Source: Eledone cirrhosa (taxonomy: Eukaryota). From it: 64,000 bases of DNA. Positions 35,393 to 47,908 of this stretch are shown here, piece after piece. The notes below the pieces were generated by a model. The model had not been told where the DNA came from and did no database searches. It saw nothing but the letters and a program-made list of their open reading frames with translations. Each line of letters opens with the position of its first letter. Position 1 is the stretch's first letter. The stretch covers positions 121,334,001-121,398,000 of the forward strand of contig OZ024742.1 of NCBI GenBank assembly GCA_964016885.1, read 5' to 3'. A program made the translations under genes and the position numbers.

Positions 35393-36315
35393 TAGGTAGA
35401 ATTCCAATGGGGATCGGGAAGTGACCACAGTTAAAGAAAGTACTTAGTATGATGGCATTTTATTTTATATAGAAATGACATCTACTAAACTAAAATTATT
35501 TCATTTGTAGGAATGCCAAATGAAGTTGGTAAATCTGGTTATTTATAGGTGTCTATTGGCTTTTGTACGTTGACGGCTAGATCCGCTTTAATATGCCGCA
35601 ACTGAGACACTGAGGCCACCATAGAAGCGACGGAAAGGAATGCAGGGAATTTAAGAATTAAAGGGGCTTTAATCACCAACAGACATATAAACAATAGAGT
35701 AGAACTACACGGAATAAATAAACAATAGAGCAGAACTACACGGAACATGCAAAATCCAGACACTTGGACCAGTCAAGTTTTTGTTTTGTAACGTTTTTGG
35801 TTTGTTTCGCATTTGAAAATAGGTTTTAACTTTGAAATATTATGTTAAAATATACTGGGTAAATTTTTATATTTCTACCGCATTGTACCGGCTTTCTGAA
35901 ATACTTATCAATAATTTTATATATACATATATATATATTTGAAAAGGGAAGTAAGGTTCTAAGGTTCTATTGAAAACAGTGGTTATAGAGATTGGAAATA
36001 GCACTGAAAATATATTTAAGGGTCTGTTTTTCTTTTTTTTCCTTTTCTTTGATTCGTCAAAGTGATATTATTGAAAAAATGAGAGGGACAATTCTTTTAA
36101 AGAGAGTTTTATAATGTATATAAAGTATATCAAGTATTACCGGTCTCGATGGATTAGTAAAATTCATCTTATCAAATGTTGAGTATTATAATTAAAAAAG
36201 AATTAATAAGGATTACAAACTAAAAATTGAAGATTTAAAATTAAGTGTTGGGGTAAGTTTTTTCATCTTCCTTGTTGAGAAGGAGACTGCAAAAAAAAGT
36301 GCACTGCATACTGTT

Positions 36316-36351
<36 letters not shown>

Positions 36352-36356
<5 letters not shown>

Positions 36357-37186
36357 TGAATTTAGCGAGAATCGCATTTCGGCGGGTAGGAATTAGCGAA
36401 ACGCAACTTCCAAATTGTGTTGACAAGCGCTCAATGGATATGAAGATACCAGAGCTATAAACATAAGTTAAAAAGGTCATACAAAACTGAGACGGTGGTT
36501 AAGAAGCCATTAACCACCTAAGCCAAAAAAGCGAACAAGCTAAACGGGTCAAACAAAATAAGATATGATTGAAATATTTACCCGGACCCTCGGGGAAGAT
36601 GGTATACTCCGATATAGGGTTTCTGCGACACCTAAATCAATAATACGGTCTGCTTATAACAAATAATAAGCTTTTGGTATAATGATCGAACAAGGATATC
36701 ACTTTCTCAACAGGCATTTTGTTCTGCGTGCGCCAGAGTCTCACAGCGTATGAAAGCACATGTGAGGTTCTAAGGGGAGAAAACTCCTAGTTTTGGCCGA
36801 TGAATTCAGTATGTAGTCATTGCAAAAATTTGCAAAAATAGCACAAAACGAATTAAGCTCTCAACCGAGTGGTTTTTAAAATAAACTTAAGCGATTAATC
36901 AGTCAATAGAATTAACTAAAAAAAATCAAAAAAATTAATTGGTTAATCGCTAGACTTGGAAGATTAATACAAATATGAATTTAGCGAGAATCGCATTTCG
37001 GCGGGTAGGAATTAGCGAAACGCAACTTCCGAATTGTGTTGACAAGCGTTCAATGGATACCAGAGCTATAAACATAAGTTAAAAAGGTCATACAAAACTG
37101 ACAACGATGGTTAAGAAGCCATTAACCACCTAAGCCAAAAAAGCGAACAAGCTAAACGGGTCAAACAAAATAAGATATGATTGAAA
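36352..37186 (-). mobile_element. Retrozyme-like non-coding element, about 1.35 tandem units of 619 bp
   Basis: Direct repeat 36352-36574 / 36971-37186; one HHR per unit; ends in (TA)n; homologous to 44360-45460. Confidence 0.7.
36581..36714 (-). ncRNA. Large type I hammerhead with U3-A8 core
   Basis: Minus strand: CCUG-UUGAGAA-A-GUGAUAUC...GGUGUCGC-A-GAAA-CCCU...AGGG-UC^CGGG. Confidence 0.8.
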
Positions 37187-37781
37187 CGGTCGAAACCGTT
37201 GAAAATTCTCGCAATAGAACAACTCTAATCCATAAATATGGATAAAATAACACCAAGTTACAATCCATTACTATAACAAACATTCAATACAGATATAACT
37301 TAACATATGTAATGGATGTGAAATCTGTAACTTTCATATTCTACACACATAACAAAATTTGAACTATACAAAAAAATCATCGCATTGCATCCCCCATAAT
37401 ACACTAACATATTCGCTTAAAGTGCTTGTATTTCATGTAATACCTTGCCATACAGTACTCATATATGCATGATATATTTGTTATTCCATTCCTTTATATA
37501 TGACTAACGCATGTACTATCTCTTTAATTTAATTATTGGACTATTCTCTTGTATTATCTGTCGCATGTATTCCACTCTTTGCTTTTAATTTTAATTTTAA
37601 TTTTAAATTTAAAATTTTAATTTTAATCTTAATTTGAATTATTGTACAATTCTCGTATAATATGTGTCGCATCCATTCCACCCTGTAAACATGAAACTGT
37701 TGTTCACAACATCAATATATATGTATCTGTATTATTCTTCAGTTGAATAGGAGGTTAATTACATGTACAAACATTAATAAT

Positions 37782-37825
37782 GCTCCGAGGACTCCAAGCT
37801 TAAGTTTGGAAGAACAATTGTCAGC
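37782..37825 (+). ncRNA. Degenerate minimal hammerhead at a PLE-like 3' end
   Basis: GCU-CCGAGGA-CUCCAA...UUGGA-AGAA-CAAUUG-UC^AGC then ATTAAA; the core has substitutions. Confidence 0.5.
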
Positions 37826-37877
37826 GATTAAATATTTTCAGCGATTAAATATTTTAAACATAACTTTGATACTTGTG

Positions 37878-38001
<124 letters not shown>

Positions 38002-38056
38002 ATGTGTGTAAATCAATTAAATAATGTATTAATGTATTAGACCTTAGTGAGCTCTT

Positions 38057-38149
<93 letters not shown>

Positions 38150-38151
<2 letters not shown>

Positions 38152-38500
38152 GGCCTACATATATAGCTCATTCCAACGTTAATAATTGTATTCCTTCTGT
38201 AGAAAGCATAAATCATGGAGATAGTGTGCTACCATTTTCTTCAGAATTGTTTCTTCTTCCATTCTAGAAGTTTGAAGTAGAGAGCTGCTACATATGCTTC
38301 TTGTTCCATAATGACGACATCTTTGTTGATTAATGTCTTCAAATCTATTCTGACATTTACAATACTTCTCTATTTCTTGTGATCATTGCAGCATTGATTA
38401 GTTTAACACTCACAGATGTGGCTTAAACGCAACTTGGGGTTTCCTCTTTTTCGTGCTTCTTTAGAAAGTGCACTGCGTACTGTTTGATATGGTCTTTTCA
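38150..38500 (-). mobile_element. Highly decayed RTE-like LINE C-terminal fragment
   Basis: ARKRGNPKLRLSHICEC resembles the R..GRPKLR.KD.CK motif. Confidence 0.4.
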
Positions 38501-38764
38501 TAAGTATATTAAGACCAGTGGTTTAGTAGGTAGAGAGTTTGATTCACAATCGAGAGCTTGTGAGTCCGATTTCCGGACCGGCAATGTGTTATGTCCTTGA
38601 GCAAGACACTTTATTTCACGTTGCTCCTTCTGCCAAGAGTTGCGGCCAGTATCACTAATCGACGAACTCATGGAAACATTGTTTCCTTGGTTCAAACTGA
38701 CAATTTCCATCTCACTCGGTCAGCGAATGAGGCATGAGATCTTGTCGATCTTTATATATACACG

Positions 38765-39445
38765 CTAGCAGAAAACCGCCCGAACGGTGGTTTTTCTGCT
38801 AGCTATATTAAATGAGTTTAAAAAAAAAGAGTTAATAAATAAATAAAGAGTTAATAAATAAATAAAGAGTTAATGAATAAATACGGAGTTAGTAAATAAA
38901 TAAAACGTTATACTTGTTTTACCCTCCCATTTCCAATTAAATCTAACGCTATCATGACTATGTGTGTGTTTGTGTAAATGTATATGTGTGAATGTATGTA
39001 TGTTTGTGTGAAAGTATGTGTGAATGTATGTGTATTTGTGTGAATTATGTCCGTGAGTATGTATTTTTATAAGTTTGTGTTTGCGCGATTATAGTTATAT
39101 ACTCATAATAGTTATATACTCATACATATAGATATATGTATGTATACACTCATACGCGTCAGTGTGTAGAAAATCATAATCTCTCTATCTCTCTCATCAC
39201 ACACTCTCGCTTTCTATATATATGGTAGTGGCGGTGGAAGCGACGATATACCGGAAGTGCAACTTTGAAAAGAAGTCAATTTTAGATTATTTATTTTTAC
39301 GAAATTATTTGTTTACGAAATTTAGCACATAAATTATGTAATAGTCATTCATTATTTATTCAAAGTAATCCAACTTATTTTACTAACTGGATTAAAAGAA
39401 ATAAACCGTACGCAGTCCCGCAGCCCTTTCTTTATTATAGTTTAA
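38765..39445 (-). mobile_element. Probable non-autonomous Helitron with mirrored CTAG end
   Basis: Hairpin ctagcagaaaaccgcc-cgaac-ggtggtttttctgctag; body related to about 58030-58240. Confidence 0.45.
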
Positions 39446-39455
39446 ATATATATAT

Positions 39456-39797
39456 ACTAAGAAAATGTGAAGTGATTTCAGATTTTAAAGTCCTTTATTA
39501 ATAAGGTTGTGATACATATTTCAATGATGACAGTAGCCACGCGGGAACGGGTGAAGACTTCAAGAACATCATCTTGGATTGCTTTGAGTATGTAACCTTA
39601 TTATGAAAGAAGCTGTCTGATGAGATCATGGCACTGGTTGGCACTGTCATTGAAATATGTAACCCAGCCTTATCAATAAAGGACTTTAAAATCTGAAACC
39701 ACTTCGCATTTTCTTATTCTAAATATACTCCGTCATTCCTATGTGGAAAAAGTACGTAGAGTGCTTGAATCGAATTGCATCAATATTTACCGCAAGT
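39456..39797 (+). mobile_element. PLE-type fold-back end with degenerate hammerhead (CTGATGA 39617, GAAA 39652)
   Basis: Inverted arms about 39458-39540 / 39640-39717; tail homologous to the reverse complement of 22163-22285. Confidence 0.65.
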
Positions 39798-40112
39798 ATA
39801 TATAAATATATATATATATATAATTATTTAGGTTTGTTGGTTCACCACTGGATAGAACTGGTCATTCCGTATAGTCAACTGTGATGTAATATTAGGAAAA
39901 GCATTCGACGTAATGTAACTCATCCATCTTCGTTTATGTTGAATCTTGTACAATTAATACCTGTTGATGTTGAATCTTGTACAATTAATACCATTTGATG
40001 TTGAATCTTGTACAATTAACACCTGCGGAACCTGGTCATTGAAATGTTCATAGTGTTTGTAATAAATCTTTGAAGGAATTTCACCAGTTCACCCTACTGT
40101 CATTTTACTCAA

Positions 40113-40184
<72 letters not shown>

Positions 40185-40475
40185 CAGGGATTGTAACTTG
40201 GAGTTACTCTAGGTTCACCCGGGTGAGCACTTAATGTTTAGGTTCACTTCTGTGTCGAGGTGTAGAGCTAGACAGAGTGTATTATAGTAAAATAAAATAA
40301 CACAAGGATGATGCCCAACTCTGTAATCCGCAGATCTTCAGACCACTTACAATGGTAATGGAAACATTTTTTTGTTCCATTACCATGGTAGGGGGTCTGA
40401 CGAGCCGCGGATTACAGAGTCGGGCTAGATCGATACAAATCGAACCTATATATATATATATATATATATACATAT

Positions 40476-40549
<74 letters not shown>

Positions 40550-40756
40550 TTGAAAGAAGCATACATGTTGTTTGACTATGAAAAATAGTTGTGAATATAA
40601 ACTCTGAGGACGGAAAAGATTTTTTACAGCATAACATGCCCAACTTATAAGACTGTTTTTCATAGACAAACAACGTTGATGTTTCTTTAAAATTTACAAA
40701 CTTCCTACCGTTCAACGATTCTAAAAATAGATTGTTTATATATATATATATATGTG

Positions 40757-41311
40757 CAGAGGTTATATTTAATTTGTTGGGATTCAACAAGCTTAAACAT
40801 TTTTATAACTGATATAAAGCACTCAACAGTTTAGTGGAGTAAATACACAATATATTAATAAATGGAAACTATATTGATAAAACCATATTTATTTTATTAT
40901 ATATATTTCAAGGGCAACCAAGGCGAATTATTGTGCGCTTTCATCAGATAAAATACAGATTTGTTTTATAAATAAATATTGACATACCCGGAAAAAAGAC
41001 AACCTTAACGGTTGGAGCTTCCTGGAAGCTCCAACCGTTAAGGGCAACCAAGGCAAATTATGGTGCGCTTTCATCAGATAAAATACAGATTTGTTTTATA
41101 AATAAATATTGATATACTTGGAAAAAAAGACAACCCGGAAAAAAGGTTCAACCGTTAAGGTTGTCTTTTTTCCGGGTATGTCAATAATTATTTATAAAAC
41201 AAATCTGTATTTTATTTGATGAAAGCGCACCATAATTTGCCTTGGTTGCCCTTGAAATATATATAATAAAATAAATATGGTTTTATAAATATAGTTTCCA
41301 TTTATTAATAT

Positions 41312-41316
<5 letters not shown>
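40757..41316. mobile_element. Family A complex insertion: two inverted segments plus one forward segment; HHRs at 40890-40955 (-) and 41208-41273 (+, UUGAUGA core)
   Basis: Near-identical to 25287-25718; flanked by (TA)n. Confidence 0.85.
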
Positions 41317-41385
<69 letters not shown>

Positions 41386-41516
41386 GATAAATCTACCAAG
41401 AGTTTACGGTAGTGTCCAATCCGTATGAAGAACTCAATGTATTCCGGATATCATGGAAAGAAGAGATGCAATGAAAAATCACTTTCGGTGAAAGATAAAC
41501 GGAATACAGAGTCAAG

Positions 41517-41943
41517 ATAAAATATTAAAAAAATAATGAATAAAACAATGAAACAGTTCCTTATATTAAACAAAAAAAGTTCATTATTTAACGATCGTTT
41601 CTAGGATATATATGTGTTTGAATTGGCATGCATATTCAACAGATCTATGTACAAAATTATACAAAATTATACAAACTATCAAGATTAAATATACATACCA
41701 AACACACATATATGCCGTCTTCAGAAATATTATTTCTGAAGACGGCATATATGTGTGTTTGGTATGTATATTTAATCTTGATAGTTTGTATAATTTTGTA
41801 TAATTTTGTACATAGATCTGTTGAATATGCATGCCAATTCAAACACATATATATCCTAGAAACGATCGTTAAATAATGAACTTTTTTTGTTTAATATAAG
41901 GAACTGTTTCATTGTTTTATTCATTATTTTTTTAATATTTTAT
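41517..41943. repeat. 427-bp palindrome (213-bp arms, 1-nt centre at 41730) of family C, with an HHR on each arm (41731-41875 + and 41585-41729 -)
   Basis: Mirror ORFs in the track; arms read as reverse complements; same family as about 30520-30822. Confidence 0.92.
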
Positions 41944-41958
41944 ATATATATATATATA

Positions 41959-43414
41959 TGCCCAACGGGCATGAATCACAACCCACTTATAGCAGTGTAC
42001 AAAACAACAGTGTGGAAGCTACACGAAATAACACCTCAAACTGTAACTGTCACCATTGGCGAATAGATGCCTTGATTCGAGCCTAGTGAACATGTGTACG
42101 GTCAACTCAGACAACTCCACTTGGCATTACATTGGATCCACCGCGGGTACTTTTAAAAAAAGATGGTATGTGCACAGACACTCGATGAAAAACCGGGCAC
42201 TTATGGGTTCTACAACCCTCGCCAAAAAAATCTGGGAACTTAAGGACAATAACACCAACTACAATATCAACTGGTTGAGGTTGTCGGCTGCAAAGACCTA
42301 CAGTACCGGTATGTCCCACTGTAGGCTATGTGATCTAGAATTACTATATATCCTTAGAAATGTAAAAAGGCTACTCAACAACAAGTTAGAAAGATCAATA
42401 TTCTGCAGACACAGGATCGCCACTAAATTCACAAGATTTAAGCCTCCGTGAATCGAACCAAAGTAACTTAGCTTTCAACTTAGGATACCCACTATACTGC
42501 ACGAACCACCACAGAAGTATAATCATTAAGTACATTCTAGCCTTCTTAGTTCTATACCACAATAATGTCTGTAAGTACCTTATCAACCCATAAATATTTC
42601 TCTTCTCAGCTGCTGTCAACACAAGTCCCTCACCCTTGACTCTCAACAAATGAACCTAAATCCAAGAACATTTCAAAATACTACTACAGCAGAACTTTAC
42701 CTTCCTCCTGTTATAATTGTAGCCAGCATGTTTTCTCTTTATATATATATATATATGTATATATATATTGCCTCCTTAACCTCTGTATTAACTTGCCTAT
42801 TATATTGCTACTCTGTTAATGTTGTGTTATACATGTATGTTATTGATGATGAGAAAGCTAGACAACCCTTTCATCTAATATAGACCACACAAATATTGAA
42901 CCTAACACTACAAATATTACTACCCTCACTACAGTGACAAATTTCTCATCCGTCGGATAATAAATGATTCTTACGGCCACCAGACCTACATTGTTTAAAG
43001 CCACCGGCTTATCTTTACACTATATATAATACACTCCACGACAGCTTTTACATGTCAATTTTATACATCTGCCTCATGTCAGCTAGTTTTACACGCTAAA
43101 ATCGTAGATATACTATATTTCCCACCTAGATTGATGTGATTATTTAAAATAATTTATTGCTAGCATTGTTAGTATTGTTGTTGTTGTTCTGATTGAATGC
43201 CATTACTACTATATATAGTAGCCATGCCTGTATATTCCTTTCATTCTCACAAGCTCCGATGAATTAACTGGTTATAACTTTGTATTGGTGATCGAATAAC
43301 GTGAAAACAAGCGGGTGGCGATCTCTAGACCTACCAGTTCAGAGAAACAATTGTCAGCAATAAGATTAAAAGCCTTTTTTGTATAGCAAACCGTGTCACT
43401 CTTCTTTCCTGATT
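41959..43414 (+). mobile_element. 5'-truncated Penelope-like element; GIY-YIG ORF 42056-42451; 3' HHR at 43253-43358 (CCGAUGA core)
   Basis: WHYIGSTAGTFKKRWYVH...CRLCDLEL...LLNNKLERSIFCRHR; flanked by (TA)n. Confidence 0.88.
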
Positions 43415-43505
43415 TATATATATATATATACACACACACAATATATTAATAAATGGAAACTATATTTATAAAACCATATTTATTTACATATATATATATA
43501 TAACC

Positions 43506-43585
<80 letters not shown>

Positions 43586-43649
43586 TACACTAAGTATCGA
43601 GTACTCTGGTACGTTATGGTCCACCTGGTTCCTTACCACACTTTCTTTG

Positions 43650-43684
<35 letters not shown>

Positions 43685-44117
43685 TGTGTGTGTGGTGTGT
43701 GTGTGTGTTTGTGTGTGTGTGTGTATGTATATAAATGTGTATATGCGCTTCCTCATACACACGCACTCAAATATATGTGTATACACCTTTCTTTGTTCAA
43801 CGAGTTAATTAATTTAGGTAGGAATTATTTCCACCATAGGAAATAATGTGTATGCCACTTTGCACACAACATAGATAGCGCTAATTCATAATATGGTAAG
43901 TTATTCACGGAGTATAAACATATGGGAATTGATTCAAAGACAAGAGATTATATTTCCATATTTTATTACGTGATACATATTATAACTAGAAAGTCATCGC
44001 AACACCATGAATTTATATATAATTAGGATTACGTAAACCACATTAAAATAGGTAAAGAACAGAAATGTACATCACATAAAATATGGAATTTAATCTCCTT
44101 TCTTTGTATCAATTCCC

Positions 44118-44145
<28 letters not shown>

Positions 44146-44149
<4 letters not shown>

Positions 44150-44310
44150 AAGTATGACCCCGACGGCAGAGCTCAAGCCGTTTCGACGTCGAAACGGCTT
44201 GAGCTCTGCCGTCGGGGTCATACTTTTTCCTATTTCCCACTCTACTACCCTAAGTATTGAGTACTCTGGTGCGTTATGGTCCATTTGGTTCCTTACCACA
44301 ATTCCTTTGT

Positions 44311-44312
<2 letters not shown>
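44146..44312 (+). mobile_element. Family B tail with a short fold-back centred on ttcgacgtcgaa
   Basis: Palindrome 44146-44229, then tail; lies between (TA)n tracts. Confidence 0.8.
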
Positions 44313-44361
<49 letters not shown>

Positions 44362-44680
44362 AAAGCCAAAGCTTCGATTTTACTAAGCTTCCACTTGTAT
44401 TATTTTCTCCTAGCTTTAATAACTAACTAATTAATTTAATTAGACAATTCTGTTGATTGGTTAATTATTTGTGTTTTTTTAATAACATCTGGTTGAGAGC
44501 TTTTATTCGGAATGTTAGCGGAAATTATAATATTTCCCTTGTTAAAATTTGAATCTACCCGCCAAAAACCGGGGGTTGCTTCCTTTGTTGGAAATAACAC
44601 GTGACAACGAAGTGTTCGCTGGCTGCATACTTAGCGGCCGTATTTTGTTTGTTCACACCGCTTTGAGGCAGAACGGAATC

Positions 44681-44805
44681 CCTGTTGATGAAATGAATCC
44701 TCTGTTCGATCATGGAATACCACGAGCTTGCCTGTTATGTAAGTTGTATAAATGATTTCGGATTCATAGAAACACTTTAGACGTATATCGTTTGATTTGT
44801 CCAGG
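44681..44805 (+). ncRNA. Large type I hammerhead with U3-G8 core
   Basis: CCUG-UUGAUGA-A-AUGAAUCC...GGAUUCAU-A-GAAA-CA..UAGACG UAUAU CGUUUG..UG-UC^CAGG. Confidence 0.75.
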
Positions 44806-45113
44806 TGTATCTTTTAACCTGTTAGTTCTTTCGTTACTTTGGTATTGTGTGGTTGGGTTTTGCCTACCACAGTGTTCAATTTGTCAAGCTATTTAAACGT
44901 ATGTTGTTACTATAAGGACCTATCCTTATCGAGTGCTTTGCTAACTCATTCCTATTGTAGGTCGACCAAAGCCAAAGCTTCGATTTTACTAAGCTTCCAC
45001 TTGCATTATTTTCTCCTAGATTTAATAATTAACTAATTAATCTAATTAGACAATTCTGTTGATTGGTTAATTATTTGTGTTTGTTTAATAAAATCTGGTT
45101 GAGAGCTTTTATT

Positions 45114-45420
45114 CAATTCAATTCAATATATTTGGCAGAAATTAAAACATAGATGCTTCAGATGCTATGTAAGGGGGGAATTACACTGTCGGAAACACAG
45201 TGGTCCAACACCGGTCCAATTTCGCCTTGAATTGTTGCGTGGTTAACGCGTTGACTACTTCTTGACCACATCATCTGCAAATAGAAGCACGTTTCCACCA
45301 ATCACGTCCGGCATGTCGTTGATGTATAGAAGGAAGAGAATTGGGCCCAACACAGAGCCCTGGTGAACGCCGTTGCCTACACCCACCCCCGATGATAGAC
45401 TGCCATTGATCCGAACTCAC
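45114..45420 (-). mobile_element. CR1-type LINE RT fragment with (TTGAA)n tail
   Basis: [50 protein letters not shown]; absent from the first repeat unit. Confidence 0.85.
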
Positions 45421-45697
45421 AGAATGTTTGAGCGGAAATTATAATATTTCCCTTGGTTAACAAGCAGAAATTGAAAATTAGAATTGGTGCTCTGAAATAG
45501 CGATATAAATTGCATACAGTGTATTGCAAAATACACTATATATACATTCATATATATATCGCTATTTCAGAGCACCAATTCTAATTTTCAATTTCTGCTT
45601 GACCGGCAACCGCTCTGTATAATCAGTTCCTGATTATTACTGGAATTCTATAAGAATCAAACATTCATAATTTTCAGCAAACAGGCGGAGTAGTTAG

Positions 45698-45738
45698 CTT
45701 TGATAAGCACCAAAAAGTGCGAAACAGAGCTCTGTCAG
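45698..45738 (+). ncRNA. Compact hammerhead with U3-A8 core (family D)
   Basis: CU-UUGAUAA-GCAC CAAAAA GUGC-GAAA-CAGAGCUCUG-UC^AG. The copy at 24533-24560 has stem II GUAC/GUAC (covariation). Stem I is short. Confidence 0.65.
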
Positions 45739-45805
45739 AGACAGTGTATTGCAAAATACACTATATATACATTCATATATATATATCGCTATTTCAGAGC
45801 ACCAA

Positions 45806-45854
<49 letters not shown>

Positions 45855-46483
45855 TGATGATGGGTGACCATATATATATATATATCATGATGATGGCTGA
45901 CCATTGCACTATATACCATTATTAATAATTATTAATTAATTCTATCGTGCAATGCTTGTGCGTGAAGATATTTTTTAAAGTGAGGAAAGACTGTGCACTG
46001 AGCCAATCCCACTCTCTGAGCGACAGTAACTATAACCCGAAAAGAAGAAAAGTTCAACATCATCGGTGACTACTGAGTCGCAGGTTTTATATCGGAGTTA
46101 TCCTAGTTTCCTAAGTTGCCTTCTCCTAGAAGAATGCCCTGACAAAAGCTAGGTGTCCTTCACTCCCAGTGGTTTAACCGCGCGATCGGATGTCCAGCCC
46201 GAATATTTCTGTATCCCCGCGCATATACACACACATGCACACATATATATACACATATACATATATATACATATGTACATGTGTATATACATATTTACAC
46301 ACTTTTGGATGGTCGTTGACCCTTATGAGTTCTTCCGCCCTTTGACGGGGTTGCCGGTTTAGTTGCCGACGAACCGACCATGCGACAGGTTGTACTGGGT
46401 TACATGTTACCAGTAACACTCAAGAGTGACCCGACATATATATATATACACACACACATACATACACGCACACATATATATAT

Positions 46484-46764
46484 TGTTATACTTCTATGCT
46501 GCCAATAGAAACACACAAACATGTTAGGTTTCACTTCAATTTATTACAAATTTCTAGTTGGTTGGTATAATAACCGGATGGTCGTTTGTTTATTTTCAAA
46601 GCTCTTTCGATAGACATTCTCTGACCTCTCTCCTTTGTTCTGTCCTATACCATTTTGTTTTTGTGTTTTGTGTTCTGTGTATTTCGGTTGCGCAGGCGTT
46701 ATATCCAGGTGTGTGAGTTTTTATTTATTTATTTATTTGTTTATTTATTTATTTATTTATTTGT

Positions 46765-46803
<39 letters not shown>

Positions 46804-47908
46804 TTCATACGTTTATTTACTTGTCACTAATTGGTTGCTTGTTCTATCTGTGTGTGTCTGGTTTATTTTATTAGTTTGGTTCTTGTGTCTCTCTATGTCT
46901 TTGTCTTGTCCTTAATTACTAGTGGTGATGTTGTTATTCAACTCGTTTTCTGTTTAATTTTGGTTGGAGTTCGTTTATATTTGTCGCCTCTGTGGTTTGT
47001 CTGAACATTGCATCTTTTCTGTGTGTGTGGATATAATTTTCATCTTTATGTTCTCTAATGTGCCCCCATGTTGGTGGAATACTGATGAGTTTTTCCCAAC
47101 CTGGAGTTCTCGTCAGTGTTTACTTATCATTTCTCCTTTGCTGCGGACCGTCTCAGCTATGTATATCATGTTTCTAGTCCTACATTTCCCCTCCGTACAT
47201 CTTATACTATATACTACCTTTATTACGGTCCTAGTTTTGCAGTTAATTTGTGGTCTTAATTTGCAGAGTATAAATTTTTTTTATCAGTGCAGGTGTTTTT
47301 CTCTCGAAAGGATATGTTCTACTAATTAGGGCTTTTATGGGAATACCTGGTGTTTCAACTATCTTAATATTCAATTTTTGTTTGTCTAGAGCCCTTCTAA
47401 ATCTGTAAGCTAGTTCGCCTCTGGGTTTGCATTGATGAACATTACACTCTGGTATTTATTGCTGTCATACCACAAGTTGACTTTATTAGTCTTCTTAATT
47501 CTTTTTATCTTATTCCAAAATTTGCTCCTATATATGGGGCAAGTCCCGTTCGCATCATTTTCTACAATCTTTGTCCATTTGACCCTGTATCTCTGATTGT
47601 AACCAGAGAAACCAACTACATGCAGTGGATGAAGTGTTGTATGTATTTCTATAATTCTTTAAGGTTGCACATGCGGGAAACATCCCTCTCTACTCTTAGT
47701 AAATCCGCAATTAGTATGTTAACTTTCATGTTATCCGAAACGGCTGAGTTTGGAGATCATGGGTTTGGCATAATGCAAATGGAAGATTTGTGTTTTATTA
47801 CTAATGGTTTCTAACCAGATTTCTGTGTCTAGTACAGGTAATCTATGGTTGGGGTGTTTAGTTGGGGAGTCTATAGTAACTTTAATACTCTGGTGGATGG
47901 AGTTAGCT
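46484..47908 (-). mobile_element. Decayed Penelope-like element of a second lineage (RT end, linker, GIY-YIG, 3' UTR)
   Basis: ANSIHQSIKVTIDSPTKHPNHRLPVLDTEIW, HYAKPM, FSGYNQRYR, VVYSIRCTEGKC...IYIAETVRS; frameshifts and stops; (TA)n flanks. Confidence 0.8.

Larger units (their letters stand above)
44360..45460 (+). mobile_element. Retrozyme-like non-coding element, about 1.3 tandem units of 606 bp; second unit interrupted by a LINE fragment
   Basis: ccaaagccaaagcttcgattttactaagc recurs at 44360 and 44966; homologous to the reverse complement of 36352-37186. Confidence 0.7.

Noticed and set aside
41584-41876. Near-identical ORFs on both strands
   Set aside because: A consequence of the DNA palindrome
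44549-44755. 68-aa ORF with similarity to the reverse strand of about 36.7 kb
   Set aside because: The homologue has stops; similarity is explained by the conserved hammerhead RNA
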